Shown piece after piece: positions 9,298 to 19,346 of a DNA stretch of 64,000 nucleotides. Position 1 is the first letter of the stretch. The number at the start of each line of letters is the position of its first letter. Source of the DNA: a bacterium. Its GTDB lineage: Bacteria > Electryoneota > Electryoneia > Electryoneales > Electryoneaceae. The DNA lies in assembly GCA_963669175.1 (NCBI GenBank), contig OY769902.1, positions 841,348-905,347 of the forward strand, given 5' to 3'. The translations under genes were made by a program, and so were the position numbers. Under the pieces are notes generated by a model that saw only the letters and a list, made by a program, of their open reading frames with translations, made no database searches and was not told the origin of the DNA.

Positions 9298-10742
9298 GCG
9301 CCGTGTCCCCCAAGGGCGTCCATCAGTTCCTTTTTCAAGGCTTCGCGAACATTATCCAGATCAGACTGTACTTGGTGGTATTGCTTCAACAGTTTGTCGG
9401 GATCACCGGGGCCGTCGTCAATCGTGTTCGGGTTCTTGATGTCCAGGTTGTACCCGTTGGCCATGATATCTTTGACGGGGACACGCCAGGCCAATTCACT
9501 TTCTTCACGGTTGTCCCACCAGTCCTGTTCCGGTTGGAATTCTTCGAACCGAATGGGCTTTGTTTTGGAATACGACTTGTATCCGGGTGGGTATGGATGT
9601 TCGTAGTACCAGACTTCGGTTGTCGGTTCGCCCTTTGTGAAGAACAGCAGGTTCGTTTTGATACTGGTGTATGGATTAAAAACGCCGTTCGGCAAACGGA
9701 CAATCGTATGCAGGTTGCATTCTTTCAGCAGTTTTTCCTTGATCCGTGTCTTGATCCCTTCGCCGAACAGGCTGCCATCGGGAAGGACCAGGGCTGCACG
9801 TCCGCCCGGTTTCAGCAGGTGCATGATCAAGACAAGAAACAGGTCTGCGGTTTCCCGTGTCCGGAACGCTGTCGGGAAGTTCGATTCGATGCCGTCTTCT
9901 TCCATCCCGCCAAATGGGGGATTGGTCACGATCACATCCACACGGTCTTTCGGGCCGTAGTCACGCAAGGGACGCGCCAGGGTATTATCCCGTCGGATCT
10001 GGTGGGGAACATCTATCTGATGTAGCATCATGTTCGTGATACATAACAGGTGGGGAAGGGGTTTCTTTTCGACCCCCTGTATCGATGTTTGCAGGATTTC
10101 TTCTTCCATCGTTGTATTGACATATCTTGCCCGTTTATGATCTATGACATTGGCCAAAAAACCGCCTGTGCCACATGCCGGGTCAAGCACTTTTTCAGTC
10201 AGTTTTGGATCGACCCGGTCAACGATAAACTTCGTAATTGCACGGGGGGTGTAGTATTCGCCGGCGTTACCCGCGTTTTGCAAATCCTTCAGGATCTTTT
10301 CATAGATTTCATTAAACTGGTGACGATCATCAGATTTATTCAGGTTTATATCTTCGTTGATCTTGTTGATCACCTGCCGGATCAGCGTACCGTTCTTCAT
10401 GTAGTTGAACGAATCCTGGAACAGGCTGCGAATCACAACCTTGCGCTTTGAACCGTTGAGTTCGATAGTTTTCAGTTTCGGGAACAGGATATTGTTGACG
10501 AAGTCGAGCAGTTCATCGCCTGTCCTCCCTTCCGGATTATCCGCCCAGTTGCGCCAGCGTAGATGATCCGGAAGAGGGGATGTGTACCCGTTTTCCAGCA
10601 ATTCCCATTCCGATTCTCGCTGGTCAAAAATCTTCAGGAACAGCATCCAGGCAAGCTGGCTGATCCGTTGTGCGTCCCCATCCACCCCGACATCCTTGCG
10701 CATGATGTCCTGGATGGATTTTATGGTTGATCCTATGGCCAT
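9294..10742 (-). CDS. hsdM: type I RM N6-adenine DNA methyltransferase subunit HsdM
   Basis: 482 aa. HsdM N-domain; AdoMet motif DPACGTGGFL; catalytic NPPFGG motif (VIVTNPPFGGMEE). Confidence 0.9.
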   Translation of the reverse strand: MAIGSTIKSIQDIMRKDVGVDGDAQRISQLAWMLFLKIFDQRESEWELLENGYTSPLPDHLRWRNWADNPEGRTGDELLDFVNNILFPKLKTIELNGSKRKVVIRSLFQDSFNYMKNGTLIRQVINKINEDINLNKSDDRHQFNEIYEKILKDLQNAGNAGEYYTPRAITKFIVDRVDPKLTEKVLDPACGTGGFLANVIDHKRARYVNTTMEEEILQTSIQGVEKKPLPHLLCITNMMLHQIDVPHQIRRDNTLARPLRDYGPKDRVDVIVTNPPFGGMEEDGIESNFPTAFRTRETADLFLVLIMHLLKPGGRAALVLPDGSLFGEGIKTRIKEKLLKECNLHTIVRLPNGVFNPYTSIKTNLLFFTKGEPTTEVWYYEHPYPPGYKSYSKTKPIRFEEFQPEQDWWDNREESELAWRVPVKDIMANGYNLDIKNPNTIDDGPGDPDKLLKQYHQVQSDLDNVREALKKELMDALGGHGA

Positions 10743-10766
10743 GTATCGTTCGTTCCTTGCCGGTTT

Positions 10767-13169
10767 TTATGAAACAGCGGAATATAAAACAGTCTCCAGT
10801 TCTTTGATAGCCTCCAGGTATTTTTCCTTTGTCCCGAATGCTTCGATCAATTCTGTGAGCGTTCCAAGCTTCGATATTGGTTGAACCTGAAGGACTCTTA
10901 TTTCTTCAATGTTTTCAATCCCTTCATCAGCGTATTTATCAAGCAGGGCTTCCATCACAGCCCGTGCTTTTTCGCTGTACTTTCCGAAATAATTCCTCTT
11001 TTTGACATTATTCGCCCGTTCCTTACGAGTCAGTGGTGGTTGCCCGAACGCGACATGGCAGATCAGGTCGAAAGGTCCATAATCCCGCCCGACTTCATCC
11101 GCTAAAGCTTCGAACAGAACCCCCTGTTCTTCCAGTTCCTGGATAATCGCCTGTTTCTGATCAGCCTGGGACCATTTCTGCAAGAAGTCATCCAGGGAAT
11201 CGTATTCAGATTCAACTCGCTTACGGGTATAGTCTTTCAGGGATTCGGTTATCAGTTTGCCGTCGTTGCCGTAATACTGGACACGTTCACCAATGATTTC
11301 TACGTCAACATCATCAACGTAGTATTTGACTCTCTTGCCACCAGGTTTTTCATCAACCGGATACAATTCTTCCGGTGGAACAGGTTCAACCAGGATTTCT
11401 TCAATTTCATCTTCCGGAATGTCAGTGCCATCATCCGATTCATCAATTTCTTCCGGTTCCGGAGGAACGACAGGTTCATCCTCTTTGGGTTCATAGATCT
11501 GGATCGGTGGGCCATCGAATGCGGGATCAGCGAACAGTTCGGTGGCCTTCTTGAAGTCCATGATGGTGAAGAAGTATTTACCGTAGTCTTCGTTGATCCG
11601 TGTCCCACGTCCGATGATCTGTTTGAATTCGGTCATGGAATTGATGGTCTGGTCAAGGACAATCAGCTTGCAGGTCTGGGCATCCACACCAGTGGACATC
11701 AGCTTGGACGTTGTGGTGACAACAGGGTAACGCTGTTCCGGATCGATGAAATTATCCAGTTCCAGTTTGCCTTCCGGACTGTCCCCGGTTATGCGCATGA
11801 CGTATTTGCTGTTCTTCTTCACTTCCGCCTTGTTCAGGTTCACGATTGTGCTTCGCATCCGTTCTGCATGGTCGATATCTTCACAGAAAATGATGGTTTT
11901 GCTGTACGGGTCGGTGTTTTGAAGGAATTCCGTAACTTTGGACGCCACAAGTTCAGTACGTTTTTCCAGCACCAGCTTCCGGTCAAAGTCTTTCTGGTTG
12001 TAGATCCGGTCTTCGATTTCGTGGCCGTGTTTATCCCGTTTGCCAGCTTCTGGTCGCCAGCCTTCGATATCCTTATCGATATCTATCCTGACAACCTTGT
12101 ACGGTGCCAGGAAGCCGTCTTCGATGCCTTCTTTCAGCGAATAGGTATAAATGGGGTCACCGAAATAATGGATGTTGGATACGTGTTTCGTTTCTTTCGG
12201 TGTGGCGGTCAATCCCAGGTGTGTCGCGGATTTGAAGTATTCCAGGATCTGACGCCAGCTTGATTCCGCATCTGCACTGCCACGGTGGCATTCATCGATC
12301 ACGATTAAGTCGAAGAAGTCGGGGGAAAACTGCCGGTACACATTCATCACATCTTCATGGCCTGTAATTGCCTGGTACAGCGATAGATAGATTTCATAGG
12401 ATTTATCCACCTTGCGATTCTTGATCCGTGTCATCGCCGAACCGAAGGGCTTGAAATCATTGACTCGGGTTTGCTTGATCAGCACATCACGATCCGCCAG
12501 AAACAGGATACGTTTCTTCATACCGGCTTTCCACAAACGCCATATAATCTGGAAGGCGGTGAAGGTTTTCCCTGTACCTGTTGCCATTACCATCAGAACA
12601 CGGTCCTGCCCCTTGGCGATAGCTTCGACGGTTCGATTGATGGCGTTAATCTGGTAATACCTGGGTGTTTTTCCGCTGTCATCAGCGTAATAGGGTTGAG
12701 TGACGATGGGCTCCGACTTGGAATCAAGTTCCTTATCTGCACGGTATTTCTGCCATAACGCTTCCGGGGAGGGGAACTGGTCAAGCGCAAGTTCCTGTTC
12801 GACAGGCCCCGAAGAAGCGGTCTTATCGTGGGATTGAAAACCGTCACCATTGGAACTGAATACGAATGGCACATCCAGCGATTCCGAATAGTCCAAGGCT
12901 TGCTGCATTCCAGCGCTAATGCTGTGGTTGTTGTCCTTTGCTTCAATGACGGCAATCGGGATGTTGGGCTTGTAGAACAGGATGTAGTCAGCGCGTTTCT
13001 TTTTGCTGCGGGCAACCAGTTCACCACGAACGATGATTCGTCCAGCGGTAAAGGTCACTTCCTCACGGACTTGTGACTGGATATCCCATCCCGCATCCTT
13101 GATGGCCGGGGTGATGAATTTCGTGCAGATATCACGTTCACTAAGTGACTTCTTATTAATAACCTCCAA
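10767..13169 (-). CDS. hsdR: type I RM restriction endonuclease/helicase subunit HsdR
   Basis: HsdR N-terminal [13 protein letters not shown]; helicase motifs MATGTGKT and DECHR; C-terminal HsdR domain. Start assigned to TTG at 13169 (AGGAGG 6 nt upstream). The longer ORF to 13409 is an artefact that reads through the tRNA fragment. Confidence 0.8.
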   Translation of the reverse strand: MEVINKKSLSERDICTKFITPAIKDAGWDIQSQVREEVTFTAGRIIVRGELVARSKKKRADYILFYKPNIPIAVIEAKDNNHSISAGMQQALDYSESLDVPFVFSSNGDGFQSHDKTASSGPVEQELALDQFPSPEALWQKYRADKELDSKSEPIVTQPYYADDSGKTPRYYQINAINRTVEAIAKGQDRVLMVMATGTGKTFTAFQIIWRLWKAGMKKRILFLADRDVLIKQTRVNDFKPFGSAMTRIKNRKVDKSYEIYLSLYQAITGHEDVMNVYRQFSPDFFDLIVIDECHRGSADAESSWRQILEYFKSATHLGLTATPKETKHVSNIHYFGDPIYTYSLKEGIEDGFLAPYKVVRIDIDKDIEGWRPEAGKRDKHGHEIEDRIYNQKDFDRKLVLEKRTELVASKVTEFLQNTDPYSKTIIFCEDIDHAERMRSTIVNLNKAEVKKNSKYVMRITGDSPEGKLELDNFIDPEQRYPVVTTTSKLMSTGVDAQTCKLIVLDQTINSMTEFKQIIGRGTRINEDYGKYFFTIMDFKKATELFADPAFDGPPIQIYEPKEDEPVVPPEPEEIDESDDGTDIPEDEIEEILVEPVPPEELYPVDEKPGGKRVKYYVDDVDVEIIGERVQYYGNDGKLITESLKDYTRKRVESEYDSLDDFLQKWSQADQKQAIIQELEEQGVLFEALADEVGRDYGPFDLICHVAFGQPPLTRKERANNVKKRNYFGKYSEKARAVMEALLDKYADEGIENIEEIRVLQVQPISKLGTLTELIEAFGTKEKYLEAIKELETVLYSAVS

Positions 13170-13344
13170 TAGAATCCTCCTATTGTAGAAGCTTTGCAGC
13201 AGAATTTTATACTGAATCCTCTGTGTTACACAGAGATTGATATAATAAGAAATAGATTCTGCGTGGTCAAACAAAGCGAAATCATATTGACGAAAAAAGC
13301 TTCCAACAACAATGCTGGAAGCCTTAACACACTTGAATCCCAAA

Positions 13345-13392
13345 TGGTAGCGCGTACGGGAATCGAACCCGTGTTTCCGGCGTGAGAGGCCA
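13345..13392 (-). other. 48-bp duplicate of tRNA-Glu 3' portion (anticodon stem to CCA): attachment-site repeat
   Basis: Identical to 20586-20633. Not a complete tRNA. Confidence 0.85.
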
Positions 13393-13579
13393 CAAACTAC
13401 CCTTTTCACTGAACTTACTTCGCTGTTTTGGGCGGTCCCTTAACACTAGTGATAGAAAGCTGTTCAACGGGTTGAACCACTCCTTGACTTCCCTTCGCTT
13501 ACCTAGTTATATAGTCTGACAGGTGGGGACAATGGTGGGGAAGCTGTTCTATCACCCCGATACGAAACAGGAGGTTGTC

Positions 13580-14743
13580 ATGGCGGCCAAGTACAAACGG
13601 CAAAAGACACAATATCCCGGCGTGTTCTATCACGTCATGCCCAGGACCGGGCACAAAGAGGACGAGAAGGTTTACTACATTCGATTTAAGCGTGACGGAA
13701 AGCAATATGAGGAACGTGTTGGCGGTCAACATAGCAACGATATGACACCACAACGCGCAAACAATATTCGCGCCGAACGAATTGAGGGAAAACGTGAATC
13801 CAGGTTAGAGCGGCAAAAACGTGAAACTGAAGCGCGTGAAGCTGAACATAACGCCTGGACAGTGGCGAAGATTTGGGAATACTACAAGGAGATTCGGGGC
13901 GAGTGGAACAAATCACTTGCTACAGATGGCTACCGGTATGAATCCTATATCGCTTCAAGCTTTGGCAAGGAACAACCCAAGGCGATCAAGCCAGTTGACG
14001 TTGACCGGTGGCGTATGGATCTAGAAAAGCGCAATCTGTCGCCTCAGACGGTTCGCCATATCATGGCACTATTGAAACGAATCCTGAACTTCGCGAAGAA
14101 CCGTGTTCTGTGCGAAACCCCAGACTTCGCCTTCGATATGCCTCAGGTTGATAACATCAAAGACGATGCGCTCGATGCCGAACAGATTGATACGCTTGCA
14201 AAGGTACTGGATGAGGAAGAAAAACGTGGAGGCCCGTATAAACGTTTTGCTGGTATGATGCGGCTGGCACTGTTTACGGGAATGCGGCGAGGCGAGATAA
14301 CAAACTTGAAATGGGAAGATATTGACTGGCGGAACAACCTAATCGCAATTCGGAACCCCAAGGGTGGGAAAGATCAATTCATTCCATTGACCAATCTCTC
14401 GATCCCCGTACTCAAGGCACAGAAGCTCACCAAGAGTTCATACGTGTTCCCCGGTAAAGATGGACAGCGCCTGAAAAATACCTCAAAGCTATCCCGCGCA
14501 ATATTTGATAAAGCCAAGTTACCGAAAGACTATCGACCCTTTCACAGTCTTCGCCACACTTTCGCAACCGTGCTCGCCAGTTCTGGCAAGGTCGATATGT
14601 ACTCTCTCCAGCGTTTGCTAACGCATAAATCACCTATCATGACTCAACGATATGCAAAGCTACACGATGAAGCTCTCAGGCGAAGTGCAGACGTGGCAAC
14701 CAGTATCTTTGGTGGACATATCACCGGCGAAAAAGAAATTTGA
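13580..14743 (+). CDS. int: tyrosine-type site-specific integrase
   Basis: Catalytic box HSLRHTFAT...LLTHKSPIMTQRYAKL (R..H..R..Y). Start chosen at ATG 13580, 6 nt after AGGAGG. The ORF extends upstream to 13523. Confidence 0.85.
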   Translation: MAAKYKRQKTQYPGVFYHVMPRTGHKEDEKVYYIRFKRDGKQYEERVGGQHSNDMTPQRANNIRAERIEGKRESRLERQKRETEAREAEHNAWTVAKIWEYYKEIRGEWNKSLATDGYRYESYIASSFGKEQPKAIKPVDVDRWRMDLEKRNLSPQTVRHIMALLKRILNFAKNRVLCETPDFAFDMPQVDNIKDDALDAEQIDTLAKVLDEEEKRGGPYKRFAGMMRLALFTGMRRGEITNLKWEDIDWRNNLIAIRNPKGGKDQFIPLTNLSIPVLKAQKLTKSSYVFPGKDGQRLKNTSKLSRAIFDKAKLPKDYRPFHSLRHTFATVLASSGKVDMYSLQRLLTHKSPIMTQRYAKLHDEALRRSADVATSIFGGHITGEKEI

Positions 14744-14972
14744 CTCTCCAAATATTAGGATACTCTGAAGTTTCTTCGTGTTGTTAAGTTATTACTATCA
14801 TGCCTTTTACAACCAATTCCTACCTGGTTTATTATCTTTTTTTCCTCCCAAGGTTTGTAAAGAAAGAAATTGTAGTATTTCTTTGGAAGCACATCAAGGA
14901 GCAGGTACAAGTCAGAGCCTCTCGGTTTACCAATCAATTGCCGGGAGCATCACCTACATAAGGAGAGGAAAG

Positions 14973-15215
14973 ATGCTTAGTTCAGAGTCAACGACAACCC
15001 AACCGAAAGGGACCAAACCGATGTACCTCACTGAGCACCAAGTAGCTGAAATGACGGGGTTTGCCCTCCAGACGCTACGCAACTGGCGATTCCGGGGCGA
15101 AGGGCCGCGATACCTCAAGGTCGCAAAGCGGTCAATTCGATACCTGGAATCAGATGTGAACGAGTTTATGCAACGCAACCTGATTGAAACCGAGGAGGTC
15201 GCGAATGCTGCGTAA
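14973..15215 (+). CDS. AlpA/excisionase-family helix-turn-helix protein
   Basis: MYLTEHQVAEMTGFALQTLRNWRFRGEGPRYLKV matches the AlpA/Xis HTH. AGGAGAGG RBS before ATG 14973. The 5' extension to 14778 is probably not translated. Confidence 0.65.
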   Translation: MLSSESTTTQPKGTKPMYLTEHQVAEMTGFALQTLRNWRFRGEGPRYLKVAKRSIRYLESDVNEFMQRNLIETEEVANAA

Positions 15216-15381
15216 GGAAGAAAACAAAGAAGCCCCCCGTGGAACCGAGGGGCCAACACTTGTAAATGAACCGGGCTGCAACCCGGTTATACTCCAAACT
15301 CAAAGGAAACATAAGATCATGAAAACCAGAAATCAAGAGCGAATGAGTCAACTGTTCGCCAAGGAGGCGCTCAATGTCTGA
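15205..15381 (+). CDS. small basic hypothetical protein (58 aa)
   Basis: Stop overlaps the primase start in ATGTCTGA (translational coupling). Confidence 0.3.
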   Translation: MLRKEENKEAPRGTEGPTLVNEPGCNPVILQTQRKHKIMKTRNQERMSQLFAKEALNV

Positions 15382-17713
15382 TACGCCTCTTAACATCGTT
15401 CTTCAAACACTCCACCAACACGGCTCACCCGCACAGCAGAAAACCGGATACTGGCTGGCTCGGTGTCCAGCCCATGACGACAGCAACCCCTCGCTATCTA
15501 TTAGCGAAGGGGACCAGGGCCAAGTCCTGCTCAAGTGTCATGCGGGATGCGGTACGGAAGACATTGTATCGGCCCTTGGGCTTTCCATGGGGGATCTCTT
15601 CCCCAAGGACACCCCACCACCTGCGCGGAAGAAGCAACAGAATCCCAAACAACAGCCCAAGATCGTTAAAGAGTACAACTACCAAGACGAGAATGGTGAG
15701 CTGCTGTACCAGGTGGTGCGATACAAACCGAAGGGTTTCAAGCAGCGTAGACCAAACCCAGAGCGGCACGGGAAATGGATATGGAGTTTAGACGATGTTG
15801 TTCGTGTTCCCTATCGTCTACCTGAGCTTTTGGCTTCGGATTTGGCGATTATTGTCGAGGGCGAAAAAGACGCAGACCGGCTCGCCCATGCCGGTTTCAC
15901 CGGAGCAACCACCTTCCCAATGGGAGCGGGTAATTGGCGGCCCGAATACACGCAGCACTTCACGGGTAAAGACGTTGTGATATTACCCGATGCAGACACA
16001 TCGGGCAAAGAACACGGCTCGAAGGTCGCCGGGAATCTGCACGGTGTTGCGAAGCGTGTTCGCTTGCTGGAGCCTTTCTCCAACGCAAAGGACGTAAGCG
16101 ACTGGTTAGACTCAGGCGGAACGGTGGAGCAGCTACGGAAGCTAATGGACATTTGTCCAACATACTCTCCCGAGAACCCACCAGAATGGGCCGTAGGGAC
16201 GAAAAAGGAGCCCTCTTCCACACCTACTTTCAACATACCAAAACTCGAAGAGGCGCTCAAAACCAATGAAGTTGGTAACGCCGAACTATTAGTGAAGCGT
16301 CACAAGCACGAGCTGCGATTCGAACCCAACCTGAACAGGTGGTACAGGTGGACAGGACGGCAGTGGAAGCAAACTCCTAAGATTGCTATAAAGGGATTAG
16401 CCCGTGAAGTAATCATGCAGGAGTTGCCAACAGAAGTAAAACAGGCTGGCAACGATTTAGATCGGTTTCAGACCTGTTTGAGACACTTCCAAGTCTCAGC
16501 ACGTGATAAGCAATTCGATGCTATGGTTCGGATTGCAGAATCGTACTCAGAATTGTGGGTTGACGCTAGCGACTTCGATGCGGAGCCTTGGTTGTTCAAC
16601 GTACAAAATGGAGTCCTTGATCTTCGCACCGGCGAACTACTTCCGCACTCGTCGGACAGACTGATCATGAAGATTGCTCCTGTCACCTGGCAAGGGCTGG
16701 AGGTCACGTCTGCTCTCTGGGAGAGTTTCCTCGAGCGGTTGTGCGGGAGTGAAAACGGCTCAAGTGAGGATAGCGTGGAGCGTCTAAAAGACTATCTACA
16801 GAGCGTTGCCGGTTATCTGTTGTTTGGAGGCAACCCGGCGGAGAAGTTCTTTCTTATACACGGCCCCAAGCGGTCCGGCAAGTCTACGTTTCTGGCCGCT
16901 CTATTCAGCGCAATGGGCGATGCTAAGCTAGACGGGTACGCCAACGCCTCGAATGCGGAGACTTTCCTGCAATCGGGAGACCGAGGCGACGGTAGCAAAC
17001 CCAGGTCCGATCTCATGGCTTTCATGGGAGCAAGGTTTGTCTTTGCCAGCGAGTTTCCAGAATACCGGCGATTCGATTCGGCTAAGATGAAAATGTGGAG
17101 CGGCGGTGATCCAATCACAGCAAGGGCTCCATACAACAAGTGCGAGACCACATTCAAACCGATGTTCACGATTGCGATTGCTACGAACGATCTACCGACA
17201 CTTGAACGGACAGACGCGGCGCTATGGGATAGGGCGATACCTCTACCTTTCCCATATTCCATACCAGAGGGGCAGCGAGACCCCAACGTGAAGGAGGCGC
17301 TCTCAGACCCTGAACAGCACGGCGCGGCTATCCTGGCTTGGGCTGTTAGAGGGTTACTGGTATATCGTGACAACGGAAACCAGCTTCCATCTTTGCCGCC
17401 CGAAGTATTGCGAAGCAAAGAAGACTTGTTCGCCGAGCAAGACCCGCTCCGTGAATTCATTGAGGAGTGTTGTGAGCTTCAGCACGATGCTTGGGTAAGC
17501 CGTACCCTGTTGCGGAGAGCTTACGTGGACTATGCTTCTGAGGTTGGTGATCACCCTATTGGCAATCGAAAGTTTTCTGACCTGATCCTTGCACGTGATG
17601 ACATCACGCGCACTCAGAAACGTGACGGTGATAAACGTGTTTGGGGGTATGAGGGGATTCGACTTGCTCGAGACGTGACACAAAACATTGTTAAACTGAA
17701 AGAGGTTGCCTAA
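15374..17713 (+). CDS. P4-family DNA primase/helicase (zinc-binding + Toprim + D5_N + SF3 P-loop)
   Basis: 779 aa. N-terminal CPAHDDSNPSLSI...CHAGCG zinc motif; Toprim-like EGEKDADRLAHAGF; Walker A GPKRSGKST. Confidence 0.85.
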   Translation: MSDTPLNIVLQTLHQHGSPAQQKTGYWLARCPAHDDSNPSLSISEGDQGQVLLKCHAGCGTEDIVSALGLSMGDLFPKDTPPPARKKQQNPKQQPKIVKEYNYQDENGELLYQVVRYKPKGFKQRRPNPERHGKWIWSLDDVVRVPYRLPELLASDLAIIVEGEKDADRLAHAGFTGATTFPMGAGNWRPEYTQHFTGKDVVILPDADTSGKEHGSKVAGNLHGVAKRVRLLEPFSNAKDVSDWLDSGGTVEQLRKLMDICPTYSPENPPEWAVGTKKEPSSTPTFNIPKLEEALKTNEVGNAELLVKRHKHELRFEPNLNRWYRWTGRQWKQTPKIAIKGLAREVIMQELPTEVKQAGNDLDRFQTCLRHFQVSARDKQFDAMVRIAESYSELWVDASDFDAEPWLFNVQNGVLDLRTGELLPHSSDRLIMKIAPVTWQGLEVTSALWESFLERLCGSENGSSEDSVERLKDYLQSVAGYLLFGGNPAEKFFLIHGPKRSGKSTFLAALFSAMGDAKLDGYANASNAETFLQSGDRGDGSKPRSDLMAFMGARFVFASEFPEYRRFDSAKMKMWSGGDPITARAPYNKCETTFKPMFTIAIATNDLPTLERTDAALWDRAIPLPFPYSIPEGQRDPNVKEALSDPEQHGAAILAWAVRGLLVYRDNGNQLPSLPPEVLRSKEDLFAEQDPLREFIEECCELQHDAWVSRTLLRRAYVDYASEVGDHPIGNRKFSDLILARDDITRTQKRDGDKRVWGYEGIRLARDVTQNIVKLKEVA

Positions 17714-17718
17714 GAGAT

Positions 17719-17905
17719 TTTGTCACCGTTGTCACCACAATATAGCCCAAATTGTAACAACCTCTCACGAATACGGATATGAAAAGAGTTTTGAAAAAAC
17801 ACGGTTATTACGGTGACAGCGGTGACACTTCACGTAAACACTCACGTACAGTATTTGAGCGGCGAGCCAGAGATGAAGCCTCTAAGGTATTTTTTCACAT
17901 TCACG
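17719..17905. other. candidate replication origin: TTGTCACC iterons in direct and inverted orientation plus three CACGTAAA repeats
   Basis: TTGTCACCGTTGTCACC at 17719-17735 and its inverse GGTGACAGCGGTGACAC at 17809-17825. CACGTAAA repeated 3 times at 17827-17905. Sits immediately downstream of the primase gene. Confidence 0.35.
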
Positions 17906-18045
17906 TAAATCGCTGCATTGCGCCGTCAAACCTACGATTGAGCGATGCGAGCCATGTGATTCTAATGTGTCACATTTAGGTGCTCATCTCTATACTACCG
18001 GGTTCGGCGGAAAAAACAGGATTGATTGCGTAGAAAGGAAACGAA

Positions 18046-18384
18046 ATGCTCGATAAGGAAAACCTCGTGATAGCGAAGTTCGAAGAGTTATACGAGTTGG
18101 TATATGGTACTGCGGTCGATTGGCTCGACCGTACCGAGGATGAGAAGCTCGGACACATTATGAAAATTATGACGGTCAACAAAGTGTGTCCAAAGTGTGG
18201 AGGCGAGCTTCGAAAAGTAAGCGGACAGTACGGTCTATTCTACGGGTGCTCGTGTTATCCAGATTGCGACTATCGGGAGTCCATTAAGGCAGCAGGCGAC
18301 AAAGAGGCAAAGCGCCAAGTCCAGTTGGCCGTAGCAGAAACGTTTGACAGGATGGCCCACTATGCGAGATCGGGTTTATCCTAG
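18046..18384 (+). CDS. hypothetical protein with C4 zinc-finger (topoisomerase-type zf: CPKCGGEL...FYGCSCYPDC)
   Basis: 112 aa. Motif matches zf-C4_Topoisom. Confidence 0.6.
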   Translation: MLDKENLVIAKFEELYELVYGTAVDWLDRTEDEKLGHIMKIMTVNKVCPKCGGELRKVSGQYGLFYGCSCYPDCDYRESIKAAGDKEAKRQVQLAVAETFDRMAHYARSGLS

Positions 18385-18454
18385 CGATATTTGAGGTACA
18401 TCGTCAGGTTCGCCCGGAACTTTCCGAAGGTCTGGAAAATTCAACCTCAACATT

Positions 18455-18500
18455 CCCCGCTCGTTACCATAGCATTAGTAAACGAGTGGGGATTTCTTTT
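18455..18500 (+). terminator. rho-independent terminator
   Basis: CCCCGCTCGTT...AACGAGTGGGG stem followed by ATTTCTTTT. Confidence 0.5.
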
Positions 18501-18556
18501 GACTTCTGGTGTGATAGCACATATCTTGCATATTAGCCTATGAACACCGATTAGCC

Positions 18557-19237
18557 TTGGGGGACACGATGAACAAGACCTTCCTTGCTTTTCCTCTATT
18601 CCTGATCCTTGCTCTGTCTTTCGGTTGTGACAGTGATGATGATAACGGGGTTGGTAACGATGGCGGTAATGATGAGCCAGAAGCTCCAGTTGCCGAAGAG
18701 GTGGCGGACCTGTTTCCGCTTGGGGACGGGTTGTCTTGGGTCTACTTGTATCCTGGTGATAATGACACCACTATCGAGGTAAGAAGCTACGATACAGGTG
18801 AGCGGTACGACGGTGAGATACTGTATCGAATGGGTTCGTTTCATGAGAGTTCTGGGATGTGGGGCGGTAATACCTACTCTGTGACGAACGATAGTGTGCG
18901 TATGTATGTTTGGGACGAACAGCGTGGCGACTATATAACGATGCCTGACTTCTATAGCTTCCCCTGGGCACAACAAGGTGCTGTTATAGACAACGATGGA
19001 AGCAACTTCTGTTGGCGTGTATGGGCCTCTGACAGTACGATGACCGTACCCGCCGGTACGTTTGAGCATTGCTACGTTGTACGCTATGGAAGATATGACA
19101 ACACTGATCCTCGGGGGCGTTACTACAAGGCATACGCGCCGGAGATTGGGTTGATTAAATGGTGGTTTGACGATGCGACACGGTACAATCGAGAATTGAT
19201 TTCGTTTGGTGAAGTTTCCGAGGGGTTGGAAAATTGA
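18557..19237 (+). CDS. hypothetical secreted protein / candidate lipoprotein
   Basis: Signal peptide MNKTFLAFPLFLILALSFGC, then an acidic low-complexity linker. Confidence 0.55.
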   Translation: MGDTMNKTFLAFPLFLILALSFGCDSDDDNGVGNDGGNDEPEAPVAEEVADLFPLGDGLSWVYLYPGDNDTTIEVRSYDTGERYDGEILYRMGSFHESSGMWGGNTYSVTNDSVRMYVWDEQRGDYITMPDFYSFPWAQQGAVIDNDGSNFCWRVWASDSTMTVPAGTFEHCYVVRYGRYDNTDPRGRYYKAYAPEIGLIKWWFDDATRYNRELISFGEVSEGLEN

Positions 19238-19346
19238 TACGGACATTCAGCTACAGATGTACACTATGTGGGCGACAGAGGATTTGGTGCTTCATAAATT
19301 TATACTACAATTGCAGTGGGACGTGAGATTTTAAAGGAGTCTGACG

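Noticed and set aside
17779-17979. 66-aa ORF downstream of primase
   Set aside because: It overlaps the iteron/inverted-repeat region that is more plausibly an origin; no RBS; basic low-complexity translation.
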